The translations under genes were made by a program, and so were the position numbers. The notes beneath the pieces are model-generated. The model did not search any database. It worked only from the letters and a program-made list of their open reading frames with translations, and was not told where the DNA came from. 64,000 nucleotides of DNA. Origin: Octopus bimaculoides (Eukaryota). Shown piece after piece: positions 1 to 12,345 of the stretch (positions within the stretch are counted from its first letter, which is position 1; each line of letters opens with the position of its first letter). Where the stretch lies: positions 14,228,246 to 14,292,245 of the forward strand of contig NC_068995.1 of assembly GCF_001194135.2 (NCBI RefSeq), written 5' to 3'.

Positions 1-33
<33 letters not shown>

Positions 34-345
34 CATATACGTATACACACACATATATACACGTACAGGTGTATATATACATACATATGTATACATATTC
101 ATATTTATAAATATGTACGCGACTGTACATATATGCATGTGTGTATATATATATATATCGATTTTTATACATGGTAAATGAAACTTTTTTGGCGTATGAA
201 TGTCTGTATATGAATGCGTGCAGGTAAATATGTGTGGATGCCCGAATATGAGTACATATATACCAATATCAATATATATATATTTATATATCATGCATGT
301 ATGTATGTATGATATATGTATGTGTGTGAGAGAGAGAGTGATAGA
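1..345. repeat. (TA)n/(TATG)n/(TG)n compound microsatellite
   Basis: Direct reading: atatatat, atacatat and gtgtgt runs. ORF 200..412 is a product of it. Confidence 0.9.
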
Positions 346-666
346 AACCGTGCTGTATCATAACAAAAGTAAAAACAAAAACAGAAAGCAATCACTCCAT
401 AAAATGAAATAACAATGAAAAATCAACTGATTGATATTTCGTCGTCAGTGCTGCCAACCAATCGGAACAAATTAATGTTGTGACGTTCATGGTTTTTGTC
501 TTACCTACAAGGAAATCGAAAAGAAACGCAACTTTCGGGAATACCTTGAATCCCTTCGCTCTGTAGAGTATTGTGTGTGGTCCTGCGACTATTTTTTACC
601 TCATCATATGATACCCTAATACATCACCATATTTGTATATGATTGCTATGAGTACGTGTGTGTGTG

Positions 667-711
<45 letters not shown>

Positions 712-1097
712 GTATACACATACGTATATTATGTATATGTACATAGGTATTCGTGTGTATGTATATGAGCATCTGTTCGTGGTGGTGGGGTGTAAAAAAC
801 GAACTCAATACATAGAGTAAAGCATTTCATTATTTTATTTACTACCGAGGAATTATATGAATTACATCAATGACAAATTTATAATATCTCGTCAAGACAC
901 TTGTCATCTATCTATCTATGTATCTATCTAACTATATATATGTGTGTGTAAATATACATATATATGCACATACATATATATATACATACATATATATTTA
1001 TAGATATACACATATATACAAGCATATATATACGTGTATATATATATATATATATATATATACATACATATATACTTACAAGTATATACACCTATGG

Positions 1098-1142
<45 letters not shown>

Positions 1143-1304
1143 CTATGCAAGCAAGAGACTGAGTATCAAATGGTAAACCTGCAGTTCTATTAATGCTTCA
1201 CTTTAGCGACTTCTGCCAAAGAATATATTCTAGAATTCTTCTGAGACTGTGAAATCTCATGTCAGATGTTCAGATGCGTTTTTTTTTTTTTGTATACTTT
1301 ATTT

Positions 1305-1634
1305 NNNNNNNNNNNNNNNNNNNNNNNNNNNNNNNNNNNNNNNNNNNNNNNNNNNNNNNNNNNNNNNNNNNNNNNNNNNNNNNNNNNNNNNNNNNNNNNN
1401 NNNNNNNNNNNNNNNNNNNNNNNNNNNNNNNNNNNNNNNNNNNNNNNNNNNNNNNNNNNNNNNNNNNNNNNNNNNNNNNNNNNNNNNNNNNNNNNNNNNN
1501 NNNNNNNNNNNNNNNNNNNNNNNNNNNNNNNNNNNNNNNNNNNNNNNNNNNNNNNNNNNNNNNNNNNNNNNNNNNNNNNNNNNNNNNNNNNNNNNNNNNN
1601 NNNNNNNNNNNNNNNNNNNNNNNNNNNNNNNNNN
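1305..1634. other. Assembly gap. Other gaps: 12598-12965, 29682-29903, 31538-32007, 33059-33508, 35860-36023, 40643-40742, 53125-53419, 57471-57480
   Basis: Runs of N, most abutting (TA)n, (TC)n or G/C homopolymers. Confidence 1.
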
Positions 1635-1744
1635 TATATATATATATATCACAACATCCTATGCGATTCTACCATTCCATCCGATAAACTATCCCCGAAG
1701 ATTTGTGCTTCAGGACTAACTCCACACGAAGCGCCATCCCCCCT

Positions 1745-1755
1745 CCTCCTCCGCC

Positions 1756-1794
<39 letters not shown>

Positions 1795-1805
1795 CAATTT
1801 TTTTC

Positions 1806-1843
<38 letters not shown>

Positions 1844-1866
1844 GCAGTAGTAGTAGTAGTAGTAGT
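1745..1866. repeat. (CAT)n-(TAT)n-(TAG)n compound trinucleotide microsatellite
   Basis: Direct reading. Confidence 0.9.
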
Positions 1867-2063
1867 GAAATCGTTAACATACCGGTGCAAAACGCTTAGC
1901 GGCATTTCGTCCGTCTTTATGCTCTGAGTTCAAATTCCGCCGAAGTTGACTTCGCCTTTCGTCCTTTCAAGCACCAATCGAAAACCGGAGTATCGATGTA
2001 ATCGATTTGTACCCCTCCCCCAAAATTCCAGGTCTTTTGTGCCTCACTAGTAGAAAAGATTAT
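1867..2063 (+). mobile_element. SINE family A copy (tRNA-derived, about 210 bp)
   Basis: B-box-like GAGTTCAAATTCC, then GACTTCGCCTTTC...ATCGAT...TGTGCC...AGTAGAAAAG, shared with many copies in the window. Confidence 0.85.
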
Positions 2064-2499
2064 TACTACTTTTTTTTATTTTTCGGAAATAATTATTTCT
2101 TTTATATGAAAGTAAATAATATCAATAAAATAAAAATTAACATTATAATAATTAATAATATTAATTATATATTGTCCTGGTTGTCATTGTCATTGCTGTT
2201 CTCGTCGTTTCTGTTGTTGTTGTTGTTATTATTAGAATATTGAAATTAACAGAATCGATAAATTTGCAAGGCAAATTCTTTGAATTCGCGTAGCTTTTTC
2301 TTTTTTTTTTTCCTGTTTTTCTTGTTTTCATTTTTTTTTTTTCATTTTTTTTTACTTTTCATCTATCTCCATTCTGCGACCAAATCCTACTAGTATCACC
2401 AGCATCAGAATTAGTACCAGTCATATACTTAGATCGAATCAATCAGCAGCACCACCCCTCCTCCCCTGCCATGGTTTGGCTCCGAGCCAATAATCATTC

Positions 2500-2695
2500 T
2501 CATTCTCACCATCGTCATCACCAGCATCAATCTCCTCGTCCTCCTCTTCCTCCTCATCATCGTCATCATCGTCATCATCATCATCATCGTCATCATCATC
2601 ATCGTCATCATCATCATCATCGTCATCATCATCGTCATCGTCGTCTTCGTCATCGTCATCATCATCATCGTCATAGACATCGTCGTCGTCATCAT
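2500..2695. repeat. (CAT/CGT)n trinucleotide tract
   Basis: Direct reading. Produces the poly-Asp, poly-His and poly-Met ORFs. Confidence 0.9.
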
Positions 2696-2704
2696 GAGAG
2701 CCGA

Positions 2705-2890
2705 GTGAACTGCCTAGCAATATTTTCTTCCTACGCTTTACATTCCGAGTTCTATACCCGCTGAGGTCAACTTCGCCTTTCATCCTTCCGGGATCGATAA
2801 AATAAAGAACCAATCAAACGCTGGGGTCGATGGCATCGACTAACCCTCTCCCTTCAAAATTGCTGATCTTGTACCAAAATTTGAAACCAT
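2705..2890 (+). mobile_element. SINE family A copy, diverged
   Basis: GAGGTCAACTTCGCCTTTCATCC...GATCGATAAAATAA...CTGGGGTCGAT...CAAAATTTGAAACC. Confidence 0.8.
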
Positions 2891-2994
2891 TATCATCATC
2901 ATCATCATCATTTTTACTACTACTACTACTACTACTATTTTGTAATCGATTTGCCCTCCTCTCGAAACTGCTGGCCTCTAGCCAAAATCAAGGA

Positions 2995-3025
<31 letters not shown>

Positions 3026-3507
3026 GACTCAGGAACTAGTACATTTCGAGAAAGGTATTCAACTTCCTGTCCTTCCCATCCCATATAACATGTTGGCTGC
3101 TACATGCCTCCGTGTGCGAGACATGGCCTGTCGTGCAATGTACTTGCGTAACCCCCCTCCCCCACCACCACCACCCTTTCGCATCCACACACACACACCC
3201 ACACGGCAACCATCCACTCCCACCTCCTCCCCCACACACCTCCACCGAACCGATTAAAAGTCAAAAAAATTCTCGTAGAACGATCATTGTAGCTTTGGCA
3301 GAGCGACAGTCCCATCACGAATTCTTCAGTTTGGTAAGGTTTATTGTTCATGGAATTTACTTTTTGGGTAGAATTAACAAGTAACAATATATAATTAATT
3401 CGATTAATTACGGAGTGTGTGTATGAAATGTTTTGTTATACAATCCGAAGAAGATAAGCATATTCTAGCTGAAGCTGAAATAATTTTATTTTATAAACAT
3501 TTACGTC

Positions 3508-3575
3508 TCTTCTTCTTCTTCTTCTTCTTCTTCTTCTCCTTCTTCTTCTTCTTCTCCTTCTTCTTCTTCTTCTTC
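3508..3575. repeat. (TTC)n microsatellite
   Basis: Direct reading. Confidence 0.95.
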
Positions 3576-3636
3576 ATTTTTTTTATTAAGCCATTCATTT
3601 TACATTGATTTTTTTTTTTGCAAAACAATGTTTTAC

Positions 3637-3691
<55 letters not shown>

Positions 3692-3869
3692 GGAGAGAGA
3701 GAGAGAGAGAGAGAGGGGTCTCAAACACACATACACACATGAATGCATACATATAATTATATATATATATATATATTTATATGGATAAATAGTTGGACGA
3801 TGGAGAGATATACATGTATACTTACACTTATAATTTACACCTATACAAAGTTAGAGTAGAGAGAGGAGG

Positions 3870-3908
<39 letters not shown>

Positions 3909-4660
3909 GAAAGCTATAACCAAATGGCAATGTTTTTTCTATTTACAAATATCAAAGCAAAATTTTTTCAAGATTCTCTCTGGATAATTTTCACCTATAG
4001 ACATATTAATTATGAATTTTGTCTGCAAATTCCTCTCGTAAATCTGATAACTTTCACCCCACTCACCCCTCTTATTCCTTCCTCTACAACTGCGAAACTG
4101 ATTACTTCTTCATGTATATACATAGAAAAAAAAAATCATTAAGTCAACTAGGATATCTTTCATAATTACTGAAGATTCACTAGTTTTCAAAAAAAAATAA
4201 TAAATAAATAAAAAAATAAAATAAAAAAAAAATCATGTGAAGAAAGAGAAAACTAAAGCAGATAACATCGATAGATGGAAAACAGCTGTGCAGGAGTCTG
4301 AAGTGTTGCCATTAATATGGGAGGATAACTCTAGATTACTAAATGAATCATAGCAACTAGAAATATATAACAGCTGAAACTTATACAGTGCAAGGGTTCA
4401 TTGACGTGATATCATAGTCAATTCGAAGGGAATGGGACGGTAGGAGTTTTATGTGCTTATATATGCTATTTATTCATTCATTTATTTATTTACTGTATCA
4501 GTCAATGAAGGTGTGCGGCTTTTTGTTTCGCTCTTTTGTAAGCCATAGAATGTTTGAGTTTCAGATTTTGTACATTTCTGCCGGATAAGGATCCTCTTTT
4601 ACTTATGCATCGTTCGGGCATACCAGCAGATATTTTTTTTTTCTTTACATGATTTTACAG

Positions 4661-4776
4661 ATATTCATGGACAGGTTATCCAATTTGACTCCAGTTCAGT
4701 TCAGGTACATGATGATGATAAGCCAAAAAAAAAATGGTAAAATATCGGTGCCTATCGTTCCTGAACAGAACTTGGG
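4661..4776 (+). CDS. Candidate internal exon (116 nt, phase 0 to 2), IFMDRLSNLTPVQFRYMMMISQKKNGKISVPIVPEQNL(G); product unknown
   Basis: Long U-rich tract ending TTTTACAG, donor G|GTAAGT and an open frame. No homology recognised. Confidence 0.25.
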
Positions 4777-5024
4777 GTAAGTTGTCTCGCTTGTCTATGA
4801 CTATGACTTTCAGGTGTTTTAACACCAGGCGCTTTGAGAAAGTCATCTCCACCGTGTCAAATCGCAGCCGATCAGCGAACTAGCAAAGGACATACATTAT
4901 GTATGTGTTCGATAATGTATGTATGTATGTATGTATGTATGTATGTATGCATGTGTGTGTATATGTGTATATATATATGTATGTATGTAGGTAGGTAGTT
5001 ATGTACATACACACACACATACAG

Positions 5025-5247
5025 GATGCTCTGGAATGCAATATCAGTGATGTTTCTGGGCTCTCGGGTGGTATTGGAATCCTTCAACGTCAGACGCCTT
5101 TGGCCAGTTCATCCACTCGAAATTGCACATCAGTAGCACCAAATCGCCAGCTCTTTTTATCCAAAGCCACCTGGTGACCTTCTCTGCAGCCTCAGTAATG
5201 GAATTTATGGCCCTCTCCCTTCCTGCACAAGTGACTCCGAAACCAGC
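5025..5247 (-). mobile_element. 3' end of a HERO-like RLE-type non-LTR retrotransposon (5'-truncated)
   Basis: Minus frame reads GVTCAGRERAINSITEAAEKVTRWLWIKR, resembling the AI..TEAAEKASRWLWIKR C-terminus I recall for HERO elements. It is followed by a short 3' UTR and flanked by TATG repeats. Confidence 0.65.
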
Positions 5248-5557
5248 ACATACATACATACATACATACATACATTAATACTACGCTCAATTTTTGCAAG
5301 CGAACTGTAGAATCGGTACGAGCTTCATTGTATTACTGGTACTTATTTTATTTTCCCTTGTGCATTCCACCCACTTTTTCAATTAGGGCAAAGAATTATT
5401 ATGTCACAAACAATTTAATCGAACTTTGCTAATGGACTGAATTGGTTCGATACAGCGTCCAATTTTGAAAATGTGGAATTACAGTCGATTAAATCGATAC
5501 CAACATATAACTGGAACTTATTCTACCACCACATCCGGACGGATAAAAATATTGATT

Positions 5558-5765
5558 TGAAATTTTGACACAAGGCCAGCAAGTTCGTGGGAGGCAGTAT
5601 GTCGATTACATCGACCCCAGTGCTCAACTGATGTCTATTTTACCGATCCCCAAAGAATGAAAGGCAATGTCGACCTCGGCGGAATTACAACACTGAACGT
5701 AAAGACGAACGAAGTGCTGCTGAGCGTTTTTTCCCGGCCTGTTAACGATTTTGCCAGCTCGCCGC
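5558..5765 (-). mobile_element. SINE family A copy
   Basis: Reverse-complement match: CACAAGGCC...GTCGATTACATCGACCCCAGT...GTCGACCTCGGCGGAATT...TGCCAGCTCGCCGC. Confidence 0.85.
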
Positions 5766-6054
5766 TTTCCGGATGAATAAAATATTAATTTGAATTTAGA
5801 TCATAGGACTCAACGATGAGACGGAACATTATAAGGAATTTACTCCACTGTTCCTCTATCTCTGTCTCTAATTATCTTGTCTTTATACGCCAATTGTAGC
5901 CAAGGTTGTCTTAAATGATTAAAAAGAGGTGCAACTGGCAGAGGCGGTAGATTGTTGGCCTATCAACCGAAGAGTCACCAGTTCAGATTTTCTCAATGTC
6001 ACTGAGTTATATCCCCGGTGGCAAGGATATTTAACTGTCAATGATACAGAAAAC

Positions 6055-7112
6055 CTCATTGTAAAATAGGCAGGAGCCATGGAAGAAACCCAGAGGCAAC
6101 TACGGAGCCTATATGTTGCCATTTGGTCTGTTAGAAATAGTAGGAAAATCTCACTCAAATTACACCGTTGGAATGAGATGAATGAACGTAGCTGTTTGGA
6201 CATTGGCGATTTGACATGGCTGACTGGACAGTGAACCTGTTTTGGCGACATTACGTTTTGGCACTGGAGGGAAACACGCACGCGCGTGCGCACGCACGTA
6301 CACACACACACACACAACATAACACATACATACACACGTACTTGCATGTAGGAATAAGCATATACAGACTGAAAGAATGAGAATGAGAAAAGAGAGTGTC
6401 ATTAAATTTAATAATTCAACACACTTTCCTTTTCCTCATATAAAGTCATATACACGCTCACACACACACACACACACATAAAAATAGACGGAGGGAGAGA
6501 ACGATGAAAACACTAAAAAGCTTGATGTCATATAAGTCAGCATTGAATCAACAATGCCAAATAGGCAGCGCCAGAATGGCTAAGCCGAAACGTCTCATAC
6601 CTTTACATTATACAGTTTTTCAAAAAAGTGAATGACAGATTCGACAATGTGACATCAGATATACAATGCCTGAATACAAAATTAAATGGGATGGTCATGG
6701 CTGGAATACCTCTGATAATGGAATCTGCTCTGTCAAAGCTGACCTGGGTTAAAAATAAAAAAGAAACAGGAAAAATGACGCATATCATTTTCTATGGGGA
6801 TGGTATGGACATTATAATGAGTTTTTAATTAATTTGTCAAATTGCTTGTTAGTCAATTATCAAGACTTCCTATAGGCAACTGCACCTTTCTGCAGTGGTG
6901 TAACTAGTGTGTGCAGCCCTTGAATATCCCCACCAGCAGGAAGCTTATATAGCAGGTCTCAAAAGCTTATATAGCAGGGCTCAAAAGCTTATATAGCAGG
7001 GCCCAAAATCTCATTGTAAAATAGGCAGGAGCCATCGAAGAAAACCAGAGGCAACTACAGAGCCTATATGTTGCCACTTGGTCTATTAGAAATAGCAGCA
7101 AAATCTCACTCA
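6055..7112 (+). repeat. Local 103-bp direct duplication (6055-6157 and 7010-7112)
   Basis: By-eye alignment gives 96/103 identical, offset 955 bp. Confidence 0.85.
6941..7006 (+). repeat. 22-bp tandem repeat x3 (AAGCTTATATAGCAGGKCYCAA)
   Basis: Units at 6941, 6963 and 6985. Confidence 0.95.
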
Positions 7113-7345
7113 TCTCACCCCATCCCCCTAGATACTCTACTACTTCCCTGGTACTCAATCTCAGGCCAAGCACCCCACAATCATCATACGGAGCAATGTA
7201 CCTATTGATCTATTGATACCAGAAGAATATCACTTTGATACTGGAAATATCTCATTCCTCTTATTATGTACAGCAATGCAGCCTTCCACCCTGGGTGGAT
7301 ATCTCATACTCAGTTATGATAACATTGCATGACAAAGACAATCTT

Positions 7346-7743
7346 TTTTCTTTTACTTCTTTCAGTCATTAGACTGTGGCCATACTAGGGCACCACCCTG
7401 GAAAGTTTTTAGTCAAACGAATTGACGTGTGTGCATTTTTTAAAGCCTGGTACTTATTCTATTGATCTCTTTTGCTAATCTGCTAGGTTATGAGGATGTA
7501 AACAAACCAACACCAGTTGTCAAGCAGTGGTGGGGGACAGACACAGACACAAAGATACACACACAAATACACACACACACACACTTCTTTCAATTTCTTT
7601 CTACCAAATCTACTCACAAGGTCTTGGTTGGCCTGAGTCTATAGCAGAAGACACTTGCCCAAGGTGCCACACAGTGGGATTGAACCCAGAACCATGTAGC
7701 TGAGAAGCAAACTTCTTACCACCCAGCTACGCCCGCACCTATG
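7346..7743 (-). mobile_element. SINE family B copy (about 400 bp, internal CA microsatellite)
   Basis: TTTCAGTCATT..CTGTGGCCAT tail and CCCAAGGTGCCAC..GTGGGA..GAACCCAGAACCATGT head, both reversed. Confidence 0.85.
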
Positions 7744-7744
7744 C

Positions 7745-9230
7745 TAGTTATATCTTATCAATTTAGTTATCCATTACATTTTACATCACAGAAACAGCTT
7801 ATCCATCACGTCAGGAAAGGAATGTCAGAGGAAGTCATTAAACAACATAATATATTATGATAATGTATTGATTACACTAATTTTAACTTTGCACTATAAA
7901 ACGCTCAAATTTATCTGAAAATTTAACACCGGCAGCCCTAAACCTATTTCTGTATTCTAACCCCTAGTTTATACTCTAAATTCTAGCCCTGATTTTTAGC
8001 CCCTAGATAAAAACTAAGCTAAAAATTTTAAAACTCTCATCTGAACACAAAAACATTAACTCTGAACTGTAAACCCTAAAAATAACCCCTCACCTTAAGC
8101 TCTAAATCCAAATCATTAATCTTAAACTTAATCCTAAACTCTAACCCTTAATCTTATCCCTAAATCCTGACATTATTGAGCAATACAAAACTATGTATGT
8201 AGTGAAAATATAACAAATGTCATTCCATTATTAAGTATCTAATTCACTTAAACCTAGACTCTAAACTTTAAAATGCTAACCCTAACCTTAAACTCAAAAC
8301 CTAGCCCAGCACTAAACCTTAAATGTAATTCCTAGCTTTAAACTCTGGACTTTAAACATAAACCCTAGCCCTAAATACTGAGCCCTACCCTCTGCTATTT
8401 TTTCATTGCAAAATGCAAAGCTGTTTCTGAAATGAAAATATAATGAAGTTCACTTATTTCATATCGAATTCATTTAAGCCTAAAAGTAAACTAATCTCTA
8501 AAACTCTAACCCCAAATCTGGCCCCTGACCCTAAACTCTAACCTTGACCCAAACCTTAAATCCTGAACCCTAACTCTAAATTGTAACCATTAGCAGTGTC
8601 TGCTGTTTTCTCTTGTGATACCCTAGATCTGCTTATGCAATGAAAATGTAATGGATACCGTTATTTGATATGCAATTCATGTAAGCTTCACATTAAACCT
8701 AAACTCTAAATCATAAATCTAAACCTTAACCTTAAACTCTAACCATACCCCTTACCTTCAGACCCTAAAATTTAATCCTTATCCCTAAACTCTAATTATT
8801 ATTCTTAAACTTTAACCTTAACCCTAACCCTAAACCTTAATTCTAAACCCTAAAGTCTAAATCTAGCCCCTAATCCTAAACTCTAAATCCTAACTTAAAT
8901 AGGGCCTGTTATGTGTGACACCCCATCCTAAATCCTAAATCTATCCTCTAACCCTAAATTCTAACCCCTTCTCCCTAAATTTGAGTCTCTATTCCTACAT
9001 TGTATTCCCTAACCTTAAAACCCAAAACTTTAATTCCAAACCCTAAAATTTAAACCTGATCGTGAACCCTAAATTTAAAACTTCAAATCTAGCCCTAAAC
9101 AATATTGCAGTATCAGCTATGTTTTCATCATGATATCCCAGAGCTGTTTAAGTAGTGAAAGATGTAATGCATATACCATTATTTGATATCCAATACACTG
9201 TTATTTTCCCTGTGATATCCCATTCCTGTA
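7745..9230. repeat. Degenerate telomere-like (CCCTAA/CTCTAA/CCTAAA) array interrupted by about 85-bp homologous spacer units
   Basis: Dense CCCTAA variants at 7930-9100. Spacers near 8175, 8391, 8597 and 9108 share the consensus GCTGTTT..TGAAAATRTAATG..TTATTTGATAT..AATTCA. An inverted spacer lies at 7745-7812. Confidence 0.8.
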
Positions 9231-10959
9231 TAATCTCAGGGCATCCTCTCTTATCACTACAGTAATGTATTCATTTGTTAATTTATTTATTTGTTCCTTT
9301 ATTATCATGTTGCTATACGACTTTCATGCTGTTTTATTTTATGTTTTTTTTTTCTCATATCTTACTTGATAACATGCTTTCAGTCTTGTGGCAGGATGTT
9401 GTTGTTGTTTAAAACCTTCCCCCAACACTCACTCAGACACACACACACATATACACACACACACAAGTCTACTATGTTGTTGTGATGGTGAGAGTGAGGG
9501 TGGTGGTGGTGGTGGTAGTAGTGGTAGGAGGAGACCTTAACTCTTGAGGGGGTTGCAAGAATGCTATTGTAACGGAACAGATTTTAAACCTGGCTGAGCC
9601 AATCCTTCTCCAGGTTTAAAACACAGCTGATTTCTTCCAGAGAGAAAAGGAGAAAAAGAGGAAGGAAAAAGAAAGTAAGAAAGAAAGAATAATCAGCCCT
9701 AGGATTTTATTTATCAATTTTGAAACAAAATAAAATAAAATTCATCTTGATGGGATTTGAACTTTGGAGCTCATTGATACTGTAAGGAATTCTATCTGTT
9801 ACCCTAACAACTCTTGCCAGTTTGCCATCTCATGTTGTTGTTGTTGTTGCTATGATTACCCTACAATAAGTTCACTGCTGTAATACAAGTTGAAGCAGCT
9901 TAATGGCCTTGAGCTCTGAAACATTTGAGGTGAGCTTAACCATCAAAACATAAGTCCAAGCAAGTTTATATTTTTTTTCGTTGATCTTTTAATCTGTAGG
10001 AGAAGGTAGTACTCCTGGCCTTTTATAAAGCCTCCAAGACTGGTTTGGAAGGAAGGAGAGAAAGAAAGTAAGAGGGAAGAGGGACCTCAGTCCATTGGCA
10101 AAGTAATGCATTTGGAGCATGTAGTGTTATTTGCTGACAGAAAATCAACCACTGTATACAAAGACTACCACTAAGCTCCTGGACCTGGTGTGACCATGTC
10201 TTAAGATGGCACCGGAGAGAAAAGAGGAAGCTATTTTCAAATTGGAGACCTGGCTCCAAAAGTTTTGTATCTCAGCTGCCAGGTGGTGGTGTTGAATTAG
10301 GTGGCATGCTAAGTCTACCACACCAGTAGGCTATTCCAGGATTTGAACTCAGAATGCTTGAGCCAATCTGGTCCAATTTTCTTAGTTTCATCAATCTGCT
10401 CCCCTGGATTTACGTTTTTTTTTTTGTTTTTGTTTTTATTTTATCAATCCCAAAAGAAGACAGGCAAAGATGACCTCAGCAGGATTTGAACTCAGAATGA
10501 ATAGAATCAGAAAAAAATATACAAAACATTCTGTCCAACTCTCTAACAACTCTACCAAATTGCTGCTTTTGGTACAACAATTTGAGTTCTTTTCATAACA
10601 CGGATCTAACATTGAAAGATTGCTTCTTTCAAACCATAAGGAAGATTTATGATTAAAAGCATTCCAGTTATGACCATCCTGTTGATTTTGAGATAACTAA
10701 AACAAATACATATTCTAATGTGAAGACGAGCACATAATGTCTCCCTTGTTGTCATGCTGTACATGGGTCCACATATGTCTATATACTGTTGTTGTTGTTG
10801 ATGACGATGATGATGATGGACCCTAGGCTAATCTTGACTAAGCAGATCTATAACCAAAGACATTTCAACCTGGCCCAACTTGACTTTTGAGGATATTTTT
10901 ATTTTTATTATTTTTTGTGTTTTTCTTTTTTTTATGGGAGTGTATCTAGGAGTACATTA

Positions 10960-11105
10960 CCTAATGTGTCCTTTCTTTGCTCATGACATGGTTGGATTGG
11001 ATGGTTTGAGAGGAGCTGGCAATCCAGAGGACTGCACCAAGCTCTACTATCTGCTTTGGCATGGTTTATATACCTGGATGCCCTTCTTAATGCCAAACAT
11101 TGGAT
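10960..11105 (-). mobile_element. Family C element (LINE 3'-end-like or SINE)
   Basis: Reverse of TTAGGAAGGGCATCCAG...CCAACCCATG. Confidence 0.7.
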
Positions 11106-11282
11106 GCTTTTTACATGGCAATATCTATACTTGCTTCACAGAGAACATTATAATTAATCTTAGTAATTTTTTTCTTTCACCAAAAGTGCTCAACTAATTG
11201 TCACATGAATTATTTGGGGCTATGGCATTAAGTTTATACAGTAAGATAATAAATAGAATTTTAAAAATTAATTAAATACACT

Positions 11283-11443
11283 CTGCTGAGTGGTTGGTGT
11301 TAGGAAGGGCATCCAGCTGTAAAAATCCTACAAAAACAGTCACAGAAGTCTGGTGCAGGCTTCTGCCTGGTTGGCTCTTGTGAAACCGTCCCACCCATGC
11401 CAGCATGGAAGGCGGATGTTAAACAATAATGATGATGATGATG
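11283..11443 (+). mobile_element. Family C element with (ATG)n tail
   Basis: GTGGTTGGTGTTAGGAAGGGCATCCAGCTGTA...CCCATGCCAGCATGGAA...GATGATGATG. Confidence 0.85.
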
Positions 11444-11930
11444 TGTAAAATGAATAGAACGGATAAATAAAATATAAAAAATAAGTTATGCTCTAGCATG
11501 GGCATGACCTAGACGGATGAAAAAAAAAACAGGTAAAAAATAAAGAAATAAAATAATAAACAAATATATATATATAAATAGAAAGTGTACATAAACAAAT
11601 GTATGTATATGTGTATGTACGTATACATAAATATATGCACTTCATATACAATAAGTGTTGAAGCTAAAAGTAGGTACAGAAATAGATATCAATCTCCCTT
11701 TAAGAGGGAAAGGATGTTGAGTTTAGGGGATGTTGGGTTTCTCCAGTTTTATCAGAACCCTTGAGGAATTTCGAGTATGGCTGATGTTGAGTGAAACTTT
11801 ATCGTGTCAATGTTTTCAGAACGAGAAGAATCACAGCTGGCACATTTTTTATTTTATTCTATTTTATATATTTCCCTAACCCACCCCCACTTAGAAGGTA
11901 AAGGGGCAGCGCCCATGACCTTTTTTTGTT

Positions 11931-12341
11931 TACTCTTTACTTGTTTACTCTTTTACTTGTTTCAGTCATTTGACTGTGGCCATGCTGGAGCACTGCCTTT
12001 AGTCGAATCAAATCAACCCCAGGACTTATTCTTTGTAAGCCTAGTACTTATTCTATCAGTCTCTTTTTGCCGAACCGCTAAGTTACGGAGACTTAAACAC
12101 ACCAGCATCAGTTGTCAAGCGATGTTGGGGGGACAAACACAGATACACAACATATACACACATACATATATATATACATATATATGACGGGCTTCTTTCA
12201 GTTTCCGTCTACCAAATCCACTCGCAACACTTTGTTCGGCCCGAAGATATAGTAGAAGACTCTTGCCCAAGGTGCCATGCAGTGGGACTGAACCCAGAAC
12301 CATGTGGTTGGTAAGCAAGCTACTTACCACACAGCCACTCC
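11931..12341 (-). mobile_element. SINE family B, full-length, well preserved
   Basis: Head GGAGTGGCTGTGTGGTAAG...GGTTCAGTCCC, internal TA/CA repeat and tail CAGTCAAATGACTGAAACAAGTAAAAGA. Many CpGs retained. Confidence 0.9.
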
Positions 12342-12345
12342 TTGT

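Noticed and set aside
2429-2813. Poly-Asp, poly-His and poly-Met ORFs
   Set aside because: Translations of a CAT/CGT tract flanked by a SINE; open in several frames.
6570-6594. GGC-TAA-GCC-GAAACGTC, resembling a hammerhead 3' half
   Set aside because: No CUGANGA upstream and no stem I.
7132-7332. 66-codon open frame after an AG (ILYYFPGTQ...)
   Set aside because: The acceptor derives from a repeat end, there is no donor, and the peptide is unrecognised.
7745-9230. CRISPR-like repeat/spacer reading, or a true telomere (also considered for 37690-38240)
   Set aside because: Eukaryotic context, no constant repeat with unique spacers, no cas genes; the hexamers are highly degenerate and internal.
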